From a virus: a stretch of DNA of 64,000 nucleotides. The notes beneath the pieces were generated by a model. That model saw only the letters and a list, made by a program, of their open reading frames with translations. It did not search any database and was not told the DNA's origin. Location of the stretch: positions 1-64,000 of the IMG/VR virus record IMGVR_UViG_3300011261_000048; one strand, written 5' to 3'. Positions within the stretch are counted from its first letter, which is position 1. Each line of letters opens with the position of its first letter. The position numbers and the translations under genes were made by a program. Positions 41,741 through 49,672 of the stretch are shown here, piece by piece.

Positions 41741-42028
41741 CTATTTATCTTCTATAATCTCTGATACGGGACTCATCTTACTAAGCATCTCTTCAGGTAT
41801 ATCCTTTTGGCCACCTTCAATAGATACTAGTTTTGTTTCTCTCTCTTTATTAATTTCTCTTAAGATTGCTATGTTCTGATTATCCATGAACTCCATTAGA
41901 GCTAACATAGTCATTCTTCCCTCAGCATTCTCACATAGGGCAATGACTCTTAAGCCATCTTTACTTACCCTTGTCATCATGTTATTAAGTACATTAGTTG
42001 CACTGTTTACTTCTCTCTCTTTACTCAT
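41741..42028 (-). CDS. Hypothetical protein
   Basis: ORF track; overlaps the GroEL stop. Confidence 0.55.
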   Translation of the reverse strand: MSKEREVNSATNVLNNMMTRVSKDGLRVIALCENAEGRMTMLALMEFMDNQNIAILREINKERETKLVSIEGGQKDIPEEMLSKMSPVSEIIEDK

Positions 42029-43547
42029 TTACTTCCTTTTTAATTATTACACAGTTAGTAGTAAATAACATGTTTGCTGCACTAACAGCATTTGTTATAG
42101 TTGCCTTAATTACTAAAGCAGGATCTACTATTGTACTCTCTATTAACTCTGCTTTTAGTATAGCAGCTTCACCTTTAGTTAACTCTCCATTCTCACATAG
42201 TGTTACCCATAACTTTCTCATACTATCAAATACAATTGGGGCAGCTACGTTACCTTTAAACTTAGGCTCACACTTATAGATTAGGTTCTCATAAGCCATA
42301 CATCCACCTTTAACAACTCCTTGTTCTAGTGCACTCTGTACTGCTCTAATAGTATCATCTAGTCTATCTTTCTTCTCTTTAACTTCAGCCTCATTAGCTC
42401 CTCCTACGTAGATAATAGCTGCACCTGAAGTAAGTAGACCTAACCTCTTCTTGAAGTTCTTAGCTAATCCTTCCTTATCGTCCTCTATCTTATCTCTGTA
42501 GTATTGAACTCTTTCAGCAATAGCTTCAGGTACACCTTTCCTACCAATAATAGTAGTTTCCTTTAAAGTAATGTTAACTGCATCAGATAAACCTAATGCT
42601 CCTACAGTAATACTCTTAACGTCCCATCCTTTCTTCCTAGATATAAAAGCTGCTCCAGTAGCAATAGCTATATCTTCTAGTGCCTCTGTTCTAGCATCAG
42701 CAATAAAAGGAGCTCTAATAATCTCTATTAAAGAACCATTAGTCTCGTTATTATAAGCAACTATACTAGCAGCTTGTTCAGTAATGTCCTCACATATAAC
42801 AAGTAAAGGTCCACCACAACTTTCCTGTAACTTTACTATCTCTACAGCATCTGTTTGAGTAGTGATCTTCAAGTCAGTAACTAGTATCTTACACTCTAGG
42901 TGCTTAACACTAGTTCTACCTCCTACTAAAGCAGGAACAATGTGGCTTCTATCTAACTTAATACCTTCAGTAGCATCTAAACTAGTCTCGTAGTTTCTTG
43001 AATCAAATACAGACACAATACCTTCTACCCCTATTACTTTAAATGCATCACTTACTAATCCAGCAATATAACTATCACCATTACAAGCTACCATAGCAAC
43101 ATCTAAAACATCGTCTATAGTAATGTGTTTAGTATTAAGTTCTAGCTCTTCTAGTAGTACCTTTACTATCTCATCAATTGAGTTCTTTAATTGAGTAGTG
43201 TTTAAAGACTTATTACTATTAAGTACGTTAAATCCTTCCTCTACAATATACCTAGTAAGTATAGTAGTTGAAGTAGTACCATCTCCAGCAATCTCAGCAG
43301 TTTTTGCTGCAGCCTGTCTAATGATCTGGGCTGCAACATTTTCTACTGGGTCTACAAGGTTAATACTGTTAGCAACAGTTACACCATCTTTTGTAATATG
43401 AGCATCGTTAAAGATTTTAGACAACGCTACATTTCTTCCAAAAGGTCCAAAGGTTGTACTTACTGCATCAAAGATAGTTTGACTACCTTTTAATAATCTT
43501 TCTTGTACTTCCTTCCCTTTAATTACCTCACAAGTCTCTCTTACCAT
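42021..43547 (-). CDS. groEL: Phage chaperonin GroEL-like
   Basis: TFGPFGRNV, TKDGVTVA, AGDGTTS, VGGANEAEVKEKKDRLDD, GVVKGG, DPALV. Confidence 0.93.
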   Translation of the reverse strand: MVRETCEVIKGKEVQERLLKGSQTIFDAVSTTFGPFGRNVALSKIFNDAHITKDGVTVANSINLVDPVENVAAQIIRQAAAKTAEIAGDGTTSTTILTRYIVEEGFNVLNSNKSLNTTQLKNSIDEIVKVLLEELELNTKHITIDDVLDVAMVACNGDSYIAGLVSDAFKVIGVEGIVSVFDSRNYETSLDATEGIKLDRSHIVPALVGGRTSVKHLECKILVTDLKITTQTDAVEIVKLQESCGGPLLVICEDITEQAASIVAYNNETNGSLIEIIRAPFIADARTEALEDIAIATGAAFISRKKGWDVKSITVGALGLSDAVNITLKETTIIGRKGVPEAIAERVQYYRDKIEDDKEGLAKNFKKRLGLLTSGAAIIYVGGANEAEVKEKKDRLDDTIRAVQSALEQGVVKGGCMAYENLIYKCEPKFKGNVAAPIVFDSMRKLWVTLCENGELTKGEAAILKAELIESTIVDPALVIKATITNAVSAANMLFTTNCVIIKKEVNE

Positions 43548-43852
43548 TTTCCTACAAAATTACTTTCTCTAATCATAAGGTGCTCTCCCTTATTAATAAT
43601 AATCCCTGAAGCAGACATTGCTACAGTAGTGATAGCTTTATCACCTACCTCTAATGTTACTACTCCTGGCCCTACAGCTAGTATTTCTACATCCTGCCAT
43701 ATATCAAACATGTTATGCTTCATATATTCTCCCTTCTCTGCAGGAGCTAACTTAGCTAAGTCTCCTTCCATTGTTTTCTCCAGTCCGTATACTGGGTTAG
43801 CTATTAATACATAGTTAGCTAACGGTGTTGGTAAATTTTTCCCTAAATCCAT
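43541..43852 (-). CDS. groES: Co-chaperonin GroES-like
   Basis: PLANYVLI...ILAVGPGV..LEVGDK...LMIRESNFVG; overlaps groEL start. Confidence 0.8.
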   Translation of the reverse strand: MDLGKNLPTPLANYVLIANPVYGLEKTMEGDLAKLAPAEKGEYMKHNMFDIWQDVEILAVGPGVVTLEVGDKAITTVAMSASGIIINKGEHLMIRESNFVGKW

Positions 43853-43869
43853 TTCTCTTTATTTTAAAA

Positions 43870-44112
43870 TTATTTTTTATCCTCTGTGTACATCGCCTTT
43901 ACTGCAAACATACATGCTTCTTCAAACTTTGTTTGTGCTAAAGCAATTAGCCTGTGTCTTTCCCTGTTATCTAAATCAGGAAAAGCTGGTAGTTTTTGAC
44001 CTTCAATGTAATCAATCATCTCTGCTACCTTCTGTTTCATAGTGTTAGCAGGTTCATAACTTGCTTTGTTAGGAACTCCTGTTCTCTTTTGTCCAAATGT
44101 AAATTCTCCCAT
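43870..44112 (-). CDS. Acb2/Tad1-like hairpin protein (putative immune-signal sponge)
   Basis: 80 aa, two helices ending RLIALAQTKFEEACMFAVKA. Confidence 0.65.
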   Translation of the reverse strand: MGEFTFGQKRTGVPNKASYEPANTMKQKVAEMIDYIEGQKLPAFPDLDNRERHRLIALAQTKFEEACMFAVKAMYTEDKK

Positions 44113-44124
44113 CTCTTTTTGTTT

Positions 44125-44418
44125 TTAATTACTTTTTTTAAAAAATCCATCTCTCTTAATGGCTGCTCTCTTCTTGTTTACTTCTTTTAGGAGTGAAACT
44201 AACTCTTTCTTTACTAATAATACATCTCCAGTATATAAATGTACATTAGTTAAGTTCTTATTCCCATTCTCTACTAGTGTACCTACATATTCATCCATGT
44301 ATTGTATATCTAAAGGATGGATAGCTACTTTACTGTATACAGTCTCTATTTTATCTGTTAACTCATCAGTCAGTACTTGGATTCTCTCCAGTACTAGTTC
44401 TTGTATTTCTACCATCAA
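44125..44418 (-). CDS. Hypothetical protein
   Basis: ORF track. Confidence 0.55.
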   Translation of the reverse strand: MMVEIQELVLERIQVLTDELTDKIETVYSKVAIHPLDIQYMDEYVGTLVENGNKNLTNVHLYTGDVLLVKKELVSLLKEVNKKRAAIKRDGFFKKSN

Positions 44419-44629
44419 CTATCTTTTTAATTTTACTAGGTTTTGCTACTAACAGTCCTAAATGCCTGAACCTTATATTTAAAAAGGTAGCAGGAGTATC
44501 AGCTTCTCCCTTCTTAGTGTTTTCCCTAGCACACTCAAACTGAGAATCAGTTATTGCCTTCACTACCTCCACTGATAAGTCAAACTCCTTAGCTACCTCT
44601 TTAATTATATTAGTTACTCTTTTTTGCAT
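44366..44629 (-). CDS. HU/IHF-like DNA-binding protein
   Basis: IIKEVAKEFDLS.EVVKAI...NIRFRHLGLL. Confidence 0.7.
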   Translation of the reverse strand: MQKRVTNIIKEVAKEFDLSVEVVKAITDSQFECARENTKKGEADTPATFLNIRFRHLGLLVAKPSKIKKIVDGRNTRTSTGENPSTD

Positions 44630-44781
44630 TCTATTTTCATTGTATGAAATCCTGTTCTAGGACCTATAGTAATCTCTATCTTATGACTGTACTTTGGGTG
44701 TTCCTTCTCCCACTGTGCTAGTGTGATAATGTGTTTTAGATAATCTTCCAGAAGTAATGACACATTTTGATAATGATTCAT
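44614..44781 (-). CDS. Small hypothetical protein (MNHYQNVSLLLEDYLKH...)
   Basis: C-terminal part of track ORF 44614..44844; ATG 44781 has an A-rich leader. Confidence 0.45.
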   Translation of the reverse strand: MNHYQNVSLLLEDYLKHIITLAQWEKEHPKYSHKIEITIGPRTGFHTMKIECKKE

Positions 44782-44867
44782 GTTTCTTAGTTTCGTTTTT
44801 AATATCTCTTTGTGCTTCTTTCTGGGCCCGCATAACATCTTCATTATCTAGTCCAGGTATTTCAAAA

Positions 44868-45245
44868 TCAAGCTCCTCCATCTTTCTTAATATTAAATAT
44901 GAAACTTAATGTAACCTTACTTTCAGGAGAAACTAAATAAACATCACTTATAGTGTTGTCATCTAATAGTAATCCTCTACTTCTAAGTCCTGTTAAAGCA
45001 TTTCTAAATATTGCAGTAGAGATATTAAGCTTATCTTCTATTAATCTTCTGCAATCTGGGTCCATGATTAACTTAAACCTATCATTTTTATTTTTAATTT
45101 CTCTCTTCTTATGATTCCAGTATATAAGTTCAGCAAAAACATCTGCTTCTCTATCTCTAATCTTCTTAAGAAAAGGTTTTAACATCTCTACATAAGCTCT
45201 AAAGAACTCTCTCTCTGTAAGTGTTAATCCAAATTCCTTCTTCAT
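44868..45245 (-). CDS. Winged-helix DNA-binding protein (RepL-like)
   Basis: IRDREADVFAEL...KLNISTAIFRNALTGLRSRGLL; TACATTTG promoter at 45268-45261. Confidence 0.6.
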   Translation of the reverse strand: MKKEFGLTLTEREFFRAYVEMLKPFLKKIRDREADVFAELIYWNHKKREIKNKNDRFKLIMDPDCRRLIEDKLNISTAIFRNALTGLRSRGLLLDDNTISDVYLVSPESKVTLSFIFNIKKDGGA

Positions 45246-45337
45246 CTCTCTTATTTTCTACAAATGTAATAATAATTTCTGTTACTGCAAGTAATGTTGT
45301 GTTAAATAATTACTTTTTGGGCAAAATAAAACCCAAA

Positions 45338-45502
45338 TTAATGGGTTTCTTCATCTATTACCATAGAATATCTGTTTAGTTTACCATATCTGGCCCACCA
45401 AGTAACCTTAGAACTAAAACCTAACTGCAACCCAGCTAGGGTAAACCTATGTTTATACCAAGTACCTCCTCTCCATTTCCTATACCAGCTAAATCTCTTC
45501 AT
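45338..45502 (-). CDS. Small basic aromatic protein (54 aa, MKRFSWYRKWRGGTWY...)
   Basis: Read manually; ATG 45502, TAA 45340-45338, followed by a hairpin. Confidence 0.5.
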   Translation of the reverse strand: MKRFSWYRKWRGGTWYKHRFTLAGLQLGFSSKVTWWARYGKLNRYSMVIDEETH

Positions 45503-45740
45503 ATCTTTTTAATTTAAATGCCTTATCTCCCCGTGCATTTTTGATTTCACCACCACAAACTGCAGAGCTGTGTCTTGCAGAACAGGAACCGTATACCTCA
45601 TTTTCCATGATTTTTAACTAACATCTAAAGATGTACTACCTGATCCAAATACTGTCCATCTTTTTTAGGTAGTATAAGTAAACCCTGTTCTTATGGGAAG
45701 AGTGCTCTTATTACTAAGAGACTATAATTATTATAATTTA

Positions 45741-46175
45741 CTATCCTGTTATATTAGGATTATGTGTAAAATTCAAAATAGGTCTGTACTTCTTTATGTA
45801 TTTAGCTTCTTTCTTCTTTCTTTCTGTAGCATTACCTTCAAACTTCTCATATTTAAAAGAAGTAAATTCTTTTTCAGTAGATTTAAAATGTTGAGATAAT
45901 CTACTAAATATACATATGGATTCTCCTACATAAACAACTTCATTATCTCTAAATAAAAAATATATACCTGATATACCAAAAAAATCACTTACTGGAAAAG
46001 CACCGTTACTGAAATTACTATTTCTTTTTTCTCTAAGCTCCTTTTGTATTTCAATATTTGATTTACCTGCTTGCTTATTTCGTAACTTAGTAGCTTCTTC
46101 ATCTAGAAGTAACTCATACTTCCTCATTTCCTCTCTACCTTTACCTTTAAATCCCATGATGCAAATATAAGCCAA
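45741..46175 (-). CDS. GIY-YIG nuclease
   Basis: SGIYFL...VVYVGES...RLSQH...EAKYI..YRP.LN; true start probably internal because TATATTTG occurs at 46169-46162 and 46197-46190. Confidence 0.8.
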   Translation of the reverse strand: MAYICIMGFKGKGREEMRKYELLLDEEATKLRNKQAGKSNIEIQKELREKRNSNFSNGAFPVSDFFGISGIYFLFRDNEVVYVGESICIFSRLSQHFKSTEKEFTSFKYEKFEGNATERKKKEAKYIKKYRPILNFTHNPNITG

Positions 46176-46216
46176 ATAAATTATATATGCAAATATAAGC
46201 TATATAGCTTATAAAG

Positions 46217-46287
46217 TTTTGGGGAGAAGACTTGAACTCCTATTACCTGGACCAAAACCAGGTGTCCTGCCATTAGACGACCCCAAA
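46217..46287 (-). tRNA. tRNA-Gln (UUG)
   Basis: Acceptor TTTGGGG/CCCCAAA; anticodon arm CCTGG-TT[TTG]GT-CCAGG; T arm AGGAG-TTCAAGT-CTTCT. Confidence 0.9.
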
Positions 46288-46292
46288 ATATG

Positions 46293-46364
46293 TGGAGATA
46301 ACAAGATTTGAACTTGTGTCCCTAGTTCTTCAGACTAGTGCTAGGCCAACTCAGCTATATCTCC
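46293..46364 (-). tRNA. tRNA-Phe (GAA)
   Basis: Acceptor GGAGATA/TATCTCC; anticodon arm CTAGT-CT[GAA]GA-ACTAG; T arm ACAAG-TTCAAAT-CTTGT. Confidence 0.9.
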
Positions 46365-46369
46365 ATATG

Positions 46370-46440
46370 TCTATAAGTCAAGATTCGAACTTGAGTACTC
46401 CTACGTCCAAGGTAGGCATGAAACCTGGCTTCGCTTATAG
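46370..46440 (-). tRNA. tRNA-Pro (UGG), atypical short D arm
   Basis: Acceptor CTATAAG/CTTATAG; anticodon arm CCTAC-CT[TGG]AC-GTAGG; T arm TCAAG-TTCGAAT-CTTGA. Confidence 0.85.
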
Positions 46441-46444
46441 ATAT

Positions 46445-46477
46445 AAAAAAAGCCCCTTTAAATTAATAAAGGAGCTT
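46445..46477 (-). terminator. Intrinsic terminator (attenuator 3:4 stem) immediately upstream of the tRNA cluster
   Basis: AAGCTCCTTTA-TTAATT-TAAAGGGGCTT followed by a T-tract ending 4 nt before tRNA-Pro. Confidence 0.85.
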
Positions 46478-46512
46478 AAAATCACGTAACAAAATGTTAA
46501 AACATCAACTTA

Positions 46513-46587
46513 TTAGGTAACAGTAAATCCTTTCCAGTAGTGAAACTGAAAAGGTAGAGGCATTGTATTTACTGTTAATGAGTTCAT
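46513..46587 (-). CDS. Putative leader peptide MNSLTVNTMPLPFQFHYWKGFTVT (24 aa)
   Basis: ATG 46587, TAA 46515-46513; lies between a promoter and a terminator; its codons form the attenuator stems. Confidence 0.7.
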   Translation of the reverse strand: MNSLTVNTMPLPFQFHYWKGFTVT

Positions 46588-47048
46588 TATTTTTTCTTTG
46601 TGATGCAAATATACATAATTAATATGTACCACCAAACTTTTTTGAAGAAATCTTTAAATTTATTTACTCTTCTGCCCTTATCTAATAGTAACCACTTATA
46701 AAAAGTATGAAAAGAGAAGTTCCTAACTACTAAAACTAGTATTGCTATATACCAAGTTGTTACTAATCCTATAGCTACGGCCCATAAAGTTATCTTAAGT
46801 CTCTTAAATAAATGCCAAGCATCAGTAAAAGAAACAGGCTTAGTAATCTTAAGTACTAAAATAGACCACTTAACTCTACCTGAAGCAGGATCCCTATCCA
46901 CATATTTAGATAACCATGACACATCTGGGTTCCAGAAGTAGGGGTTTGATCTTTTAAATGTACTTACAGAGAAGTGATGACTCAAAGTATCCATTATAGC
47001 ATCACATATTCCTGCTAATGCTATACATATTATTACTGCTACTATCAT
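46587..47048 (-). CDS. Membrane protein
   Basis: AGICDAIMDTL...FWNP.VSW..KY...FTDAWHLFK with hydrophobic helices. Confidence 0.65.
   Translation of the reverse strand: MIVAVIICIALAGICDAIMDTLSHHFSVSTFKRSNPYFWNPDVSWLSKYVDRDPASGRVKWSILVLKITKPVSFTDAWHLFKRLKITLWAVAIGLVTTWYIAILVLVVRNFSFHTFYKWLLLDKGRRVNKFKDFFKKVWWYILIMYICITKKK
46606..46613 (-). promoter_or_regulatory. Bacteroidota -7 element TATATTTG for the leader peptide / tRNA operon
   Basis: TAnnTTTG 19 nt upstream of the leader ATG. Confidence 0.7.
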
Positions 47049-47317
47049 TCTCCTAAAGATTTAAGTCTTTTCCAATGCTTAATTACCTGGTAAGCAATTA
47101 GAGATAGTATACTTGTACTACCTGCTAGTAATATCCACTTCCAATGCATTTCATGGTAGGCAAATAAGTCAGGTGCTACTCCTATAAACAGGGTAATACC
47201 AATAAACAGGATAAGTAAACCTCCATTCTCTAACTGTAGTAGATGGTCCTTAAAACTGTAGCCATCCCATATACCTCCTTTAACAGGGGATAAAAATTCC
47301 TTTAATTGCTTTTTCAT
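47045..47317 (-). CDS. Membrane protein (2 TM)
   Basis: Track ORF; start moved to ATG 47317 because TACCTTTG promoter lies at 47349-47342. Confidence 0.6.
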   Translation of the reverse strand: MKKQLKEFLSPVKGGIWDGYSFKDHLLQLENGGLLILFIGITLFIGVAPDLFAYHEMHWKWILLAGSTSILSLIAYQVIKHWKRLKSLGE

Positions 47318-47349
47318 ATTTTCTTTTAATGTTAATACTGACAAAGGTA

Positions 47350-47711
47350 ATAAAACCTAGGGAGTGAGTATAATTTTTGGGAAATTTTTAAAATTTTTTT
47401 TTGGATTTGGGGATTTCTAAAAAATTTTTTTGGATTTGTAAGTGAGGAGTAACTATTAAAATTGCACCCCTTCACAATCTTGCGGGTAATACCCCCACCA
47501 AAGTCGTAAAAGTGACTTAGTAATTTACAAACTGTTCTTACAGTATTACTAAAGTTGCAATGATGCATAGCATATAGTGCTCAGAAAGTGTGATACATAT
47601 ACACATCTACACTATGCTCTTGTTGACCCTTTACTTTCTTGGTGTTCTACTGTTGTTGGGAAAATCCTGATGACACATACAATTTATATACATAATTAAA
47701 CACGTAACATT
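47350..47711. other. Divergent non-coding strand-switch region (candidate genome end / origin / early promoter region)
   Basis: Gene orientation flips. T-tract repeats (TTTTTTTGGATTTG twice), a C-rich patch and hairpins such as TTAGTAAT...ATTACTAA 47517-47552. Confidence 0.55.
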
Positions 47712-48137
47712 ATGACACATTCAGATGCAGTAGGGATACTTAAATCCAAATCAGTAATTTCACAGGCAGGTAAATACACAGTTAAGTGTACTAATGTGAA
47801 TGCTTATGTTAATGGTCAAACCATTGCAATTGCTAACTTCAATGCTATGAACGCATATCAATTTGGAGAGGCTAAAGACCTTCTTAGAGAGGGTAAATTA
47901 GATGATGCTACAAACCAAGGTTTGTCTTTATCTATTAGAGGTAATGATTATATGCCTGCAAAGGGAGAAATCGTTGATATTGAGGTTTCTGAAGTAACTC
48001 TTAAGAGTGGAGAAACAGCATTGTTGGCTACTTCTTTAGTTGCTAGACAGGCTAAAACTGCAGTAAAAGCAGACTGGTCAGAGTTTGAGATTGATGCTCC
48101 TGTAGCAGAGACTCAAGAAGAGGGAGACATCTCTTAA
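47712..48137 (+). CDS. First early gene; possible ssDNA-binding (OB-fold-like) protein
   Basis: Beta-rich with an acidic C-terminal tail (EFEIDAPVAETQEEGDIS); own terminator. Confidence 0.45.
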   Translation: MTHSDAVGILKSKSVISQAGKYTVKCTNVNAYVNGQTIAIANFNAMNAYQFGEAKDLLREGKLDDATNQGLSLSIRGNDYMPAKGEIVDIEVSEVTLKSGETALLATSLVARQAKTAVKADWSEFEIDAPVAETQEEGDIS

Positions 48138-48155
48138 TCTAGGATAGAATATAAT

Positions 48156-48183
48156 AAGGGGAGCACTTAGGTGTTCCTCTTTT
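48156..48183 (+). terminator. Intrinsic terminator
   Basis: AAGGGGAGCAC-TTAG-GTGTTCCTCTT plus T-tract. Confidence 0.8.
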
Positions 48184-48249
48184 ATTTGTTCTTAGCATTG
48201 TAACTTATAACTGAATCTCAGATAAATTAATCACTAAAAATAAATAAAA

Positions 48250-48423
48250 ATGAAATATTCTAATTACTTTCTAACAATGATGCTATATGCATTTGTCTTC
48301 TTAATAGTATCCTTTGTTGCTTTTTATGCAAAAGAGAGTACTACTTCAGCAATATTTGCTGTTGCTACGTTTACTACGTGGTTTGCAGGCATTATGGCTC
48401 CTAAAGAGGAGAAGTATAAATAA
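48250..48423 (+). CDS. Small membrane protein (57 aa, MKYSNYFLTMMLYAFVFLIVSF...)
   Basis: Read manually; two hydrophobic helices, A-rich leader. Confidence 0.6.
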   Translation: MKYSNYFLTMMLYAFVFLIVSFVAFYAKESTTSAIFAVATFTTWFAGIMAPKEEKYK

Positions 48424-48606
48424 TAACCCTAAAAAATCAATCATTATGAATTTAGTATTTGTAGATGGTGTTTATACAGTAAGAGAATGGACTGTAAACA
48501 CTAACAGTTAATAAATTAAGAGTTGCGTATATATTACGTGACTCTTTCTTTTTCTTAAATGACGTAACATACATACCAAACTAAATTCTATTAAAACTAT
48601 AATACT

Positions 48607-48843
48607 ATGAACAATTTAAATAACGTAACATCTATACCAAACTCTGTTTCAAAACAGCAGGCTAGAAGACAACAGTATGTAAATACTACTACTTTTGATG
48701 TAGTTTGGATTGTTGATGGTAGATGTAGAGAAGTAATTAGAAGAAATACTCTTAGACCTATAGCAATATGGGAAAAGAAGAAAGCAGAGAATAGAAATTA
48801 TACTACTGGGAAAGTCCTAGTTGTACCTAATGGAACTTATTAA
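48607..48843 (+). CDS. Hypothetical protein
   Basis: ORF track. Confidence 0.6.
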   Translation: MNNLNNVTSIPNSVSKQQARRQQYVNTTTFDVVWIVDGRCREVIRRNTLRPIAIWEKKKAENRNYTTGKVLVVPNGTY

Positions 48844-48977
48844 TAATAAAATGGGAAGTTTGTGAAAGTTTTTAAGATAATGTGAATGTTACCTTATAAA
48901 CATCACCCCATTTTCCCCCAAATTTAACCCTATGTAAAGTACAAGGGATATAAATATTATACCTAAAACTTAACATT

Positions 48978-49145
48978 ATGAGTACAGATAAACCATCATT
49001 AGAAGATGAGATAGCAGTAACTTATCTCTATAAAAACTTCCCTACTTTTCCTATGACTACTTATATGCCATCAAATACTTTTAACAAAAAGAAGTTTAAT
49101 GCTACTTGTACTAAGAATAGGAAGAAACGTAAGAAGAAGAAATAA
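48978..49145 (+). CDS. Small protein with basic tail (55 aa, ...CTKNRKKRKKKK)
   Basis: Read manually. Confidence 0.55.
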   Translation: MSTDKPSLEDEIAVTYLYKNFPTFPMTTYMPSNTFNKKKFNATCTKNRKKRKKKK

Positions 49146-49166
49146 TTAACCTTAAAAATAACTAAA

Positions 49167-49427
49167 ATGAAAAAGAAAATAAAATACTGTGTAACTATTA
49201 CACATAAGCAATTAAGAAAGTCATTAGCCTGGATTACAGGTATGGGATCATCTATATTAATAAAGGATATGGAGGATACACATCTAATAAATACAGTTCT
49301 TTATCTTAACAAGAAAAGAGATGACTTAGAACTGTATAACCTACCAATGGTACAAGTCAATGATAAGTTGATTACAGAATGGATTGATATCTTAGACAAT
49401 GAGATAACATTTAGAAAACTTAAATAA
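49167..49427 (+). CDS. Hypothetical protein (W...G..I.IKDM...HL.N motif)
   Basis: ORF track. Confidence 0.65.
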   Translation: MKKKIKYCVTITHKQLRKSLAWITGMGSSILIKDMEDTHLINTVLYLNKKRDDLELYNLPMVQVNDKLITEWIDILDNEITFRKLK

Positions 49428-49429
49428 TA

Positions 49430-49557
49430 TTAACTTCTATCCAATAGGAATATGTCCACTATAAATTAGCAACTGAAGGCACAAGTAATGTGGTAGCTAT
49501 TAAATGTAACGTGTCCGCATTGACAGATGCCAAGGATATGAACCTTGTAGAAGTTAA
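49430..49557 (+). ncRNA. Stem-closed structured RNA A1
   Basis: TTAACTTCTA/TAGAAGTTAA closing stem; TCCAAT; 3' CAAGG-ATATGAA-CCTTG hairpin abutting the stem. Confidence 0.6.
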
Positions 49558-49563
49558 ACTTAT

Positions 49564-49672
49564 TAAACTCTCATCCAATTGCAGGGATGGTCTATTCAAT
49601 GGTATTATACAGAACAGTATAATGTTAGACATCAGTTAAAAGTCAAGGGCTAAGCAACCTTGTGAGGGTTTA
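49564..49672 (+). ncRNA. Stem-closed structured RNA A2 (paralogue of A1)
   Basis: TAAACTCTCA/TGAGGGTTTA closing stem; TCCAAT; CAAGG-GCTAAGCAA-CCTTG. Confidence 0.6.

Noticed and set aside
3001-44452. Numerous plus-strand ORFs in the track across the late arm
   Set aside because: Antisense shadows of long minus-strand genes; Ser/Leu-rich with no motifs.
46292-46489. 65-aa plus-strand ORF
   Set aside because: Antisense to tRNA-Phe, tRNA-Pro and the terminator.
48314-48511. 65-aa track ORF
   Set aside because: Out-of-frame overlap with the better 48250..48423 membrane-protein ORF; at most its last 21 codons are a separate mini-ORF.
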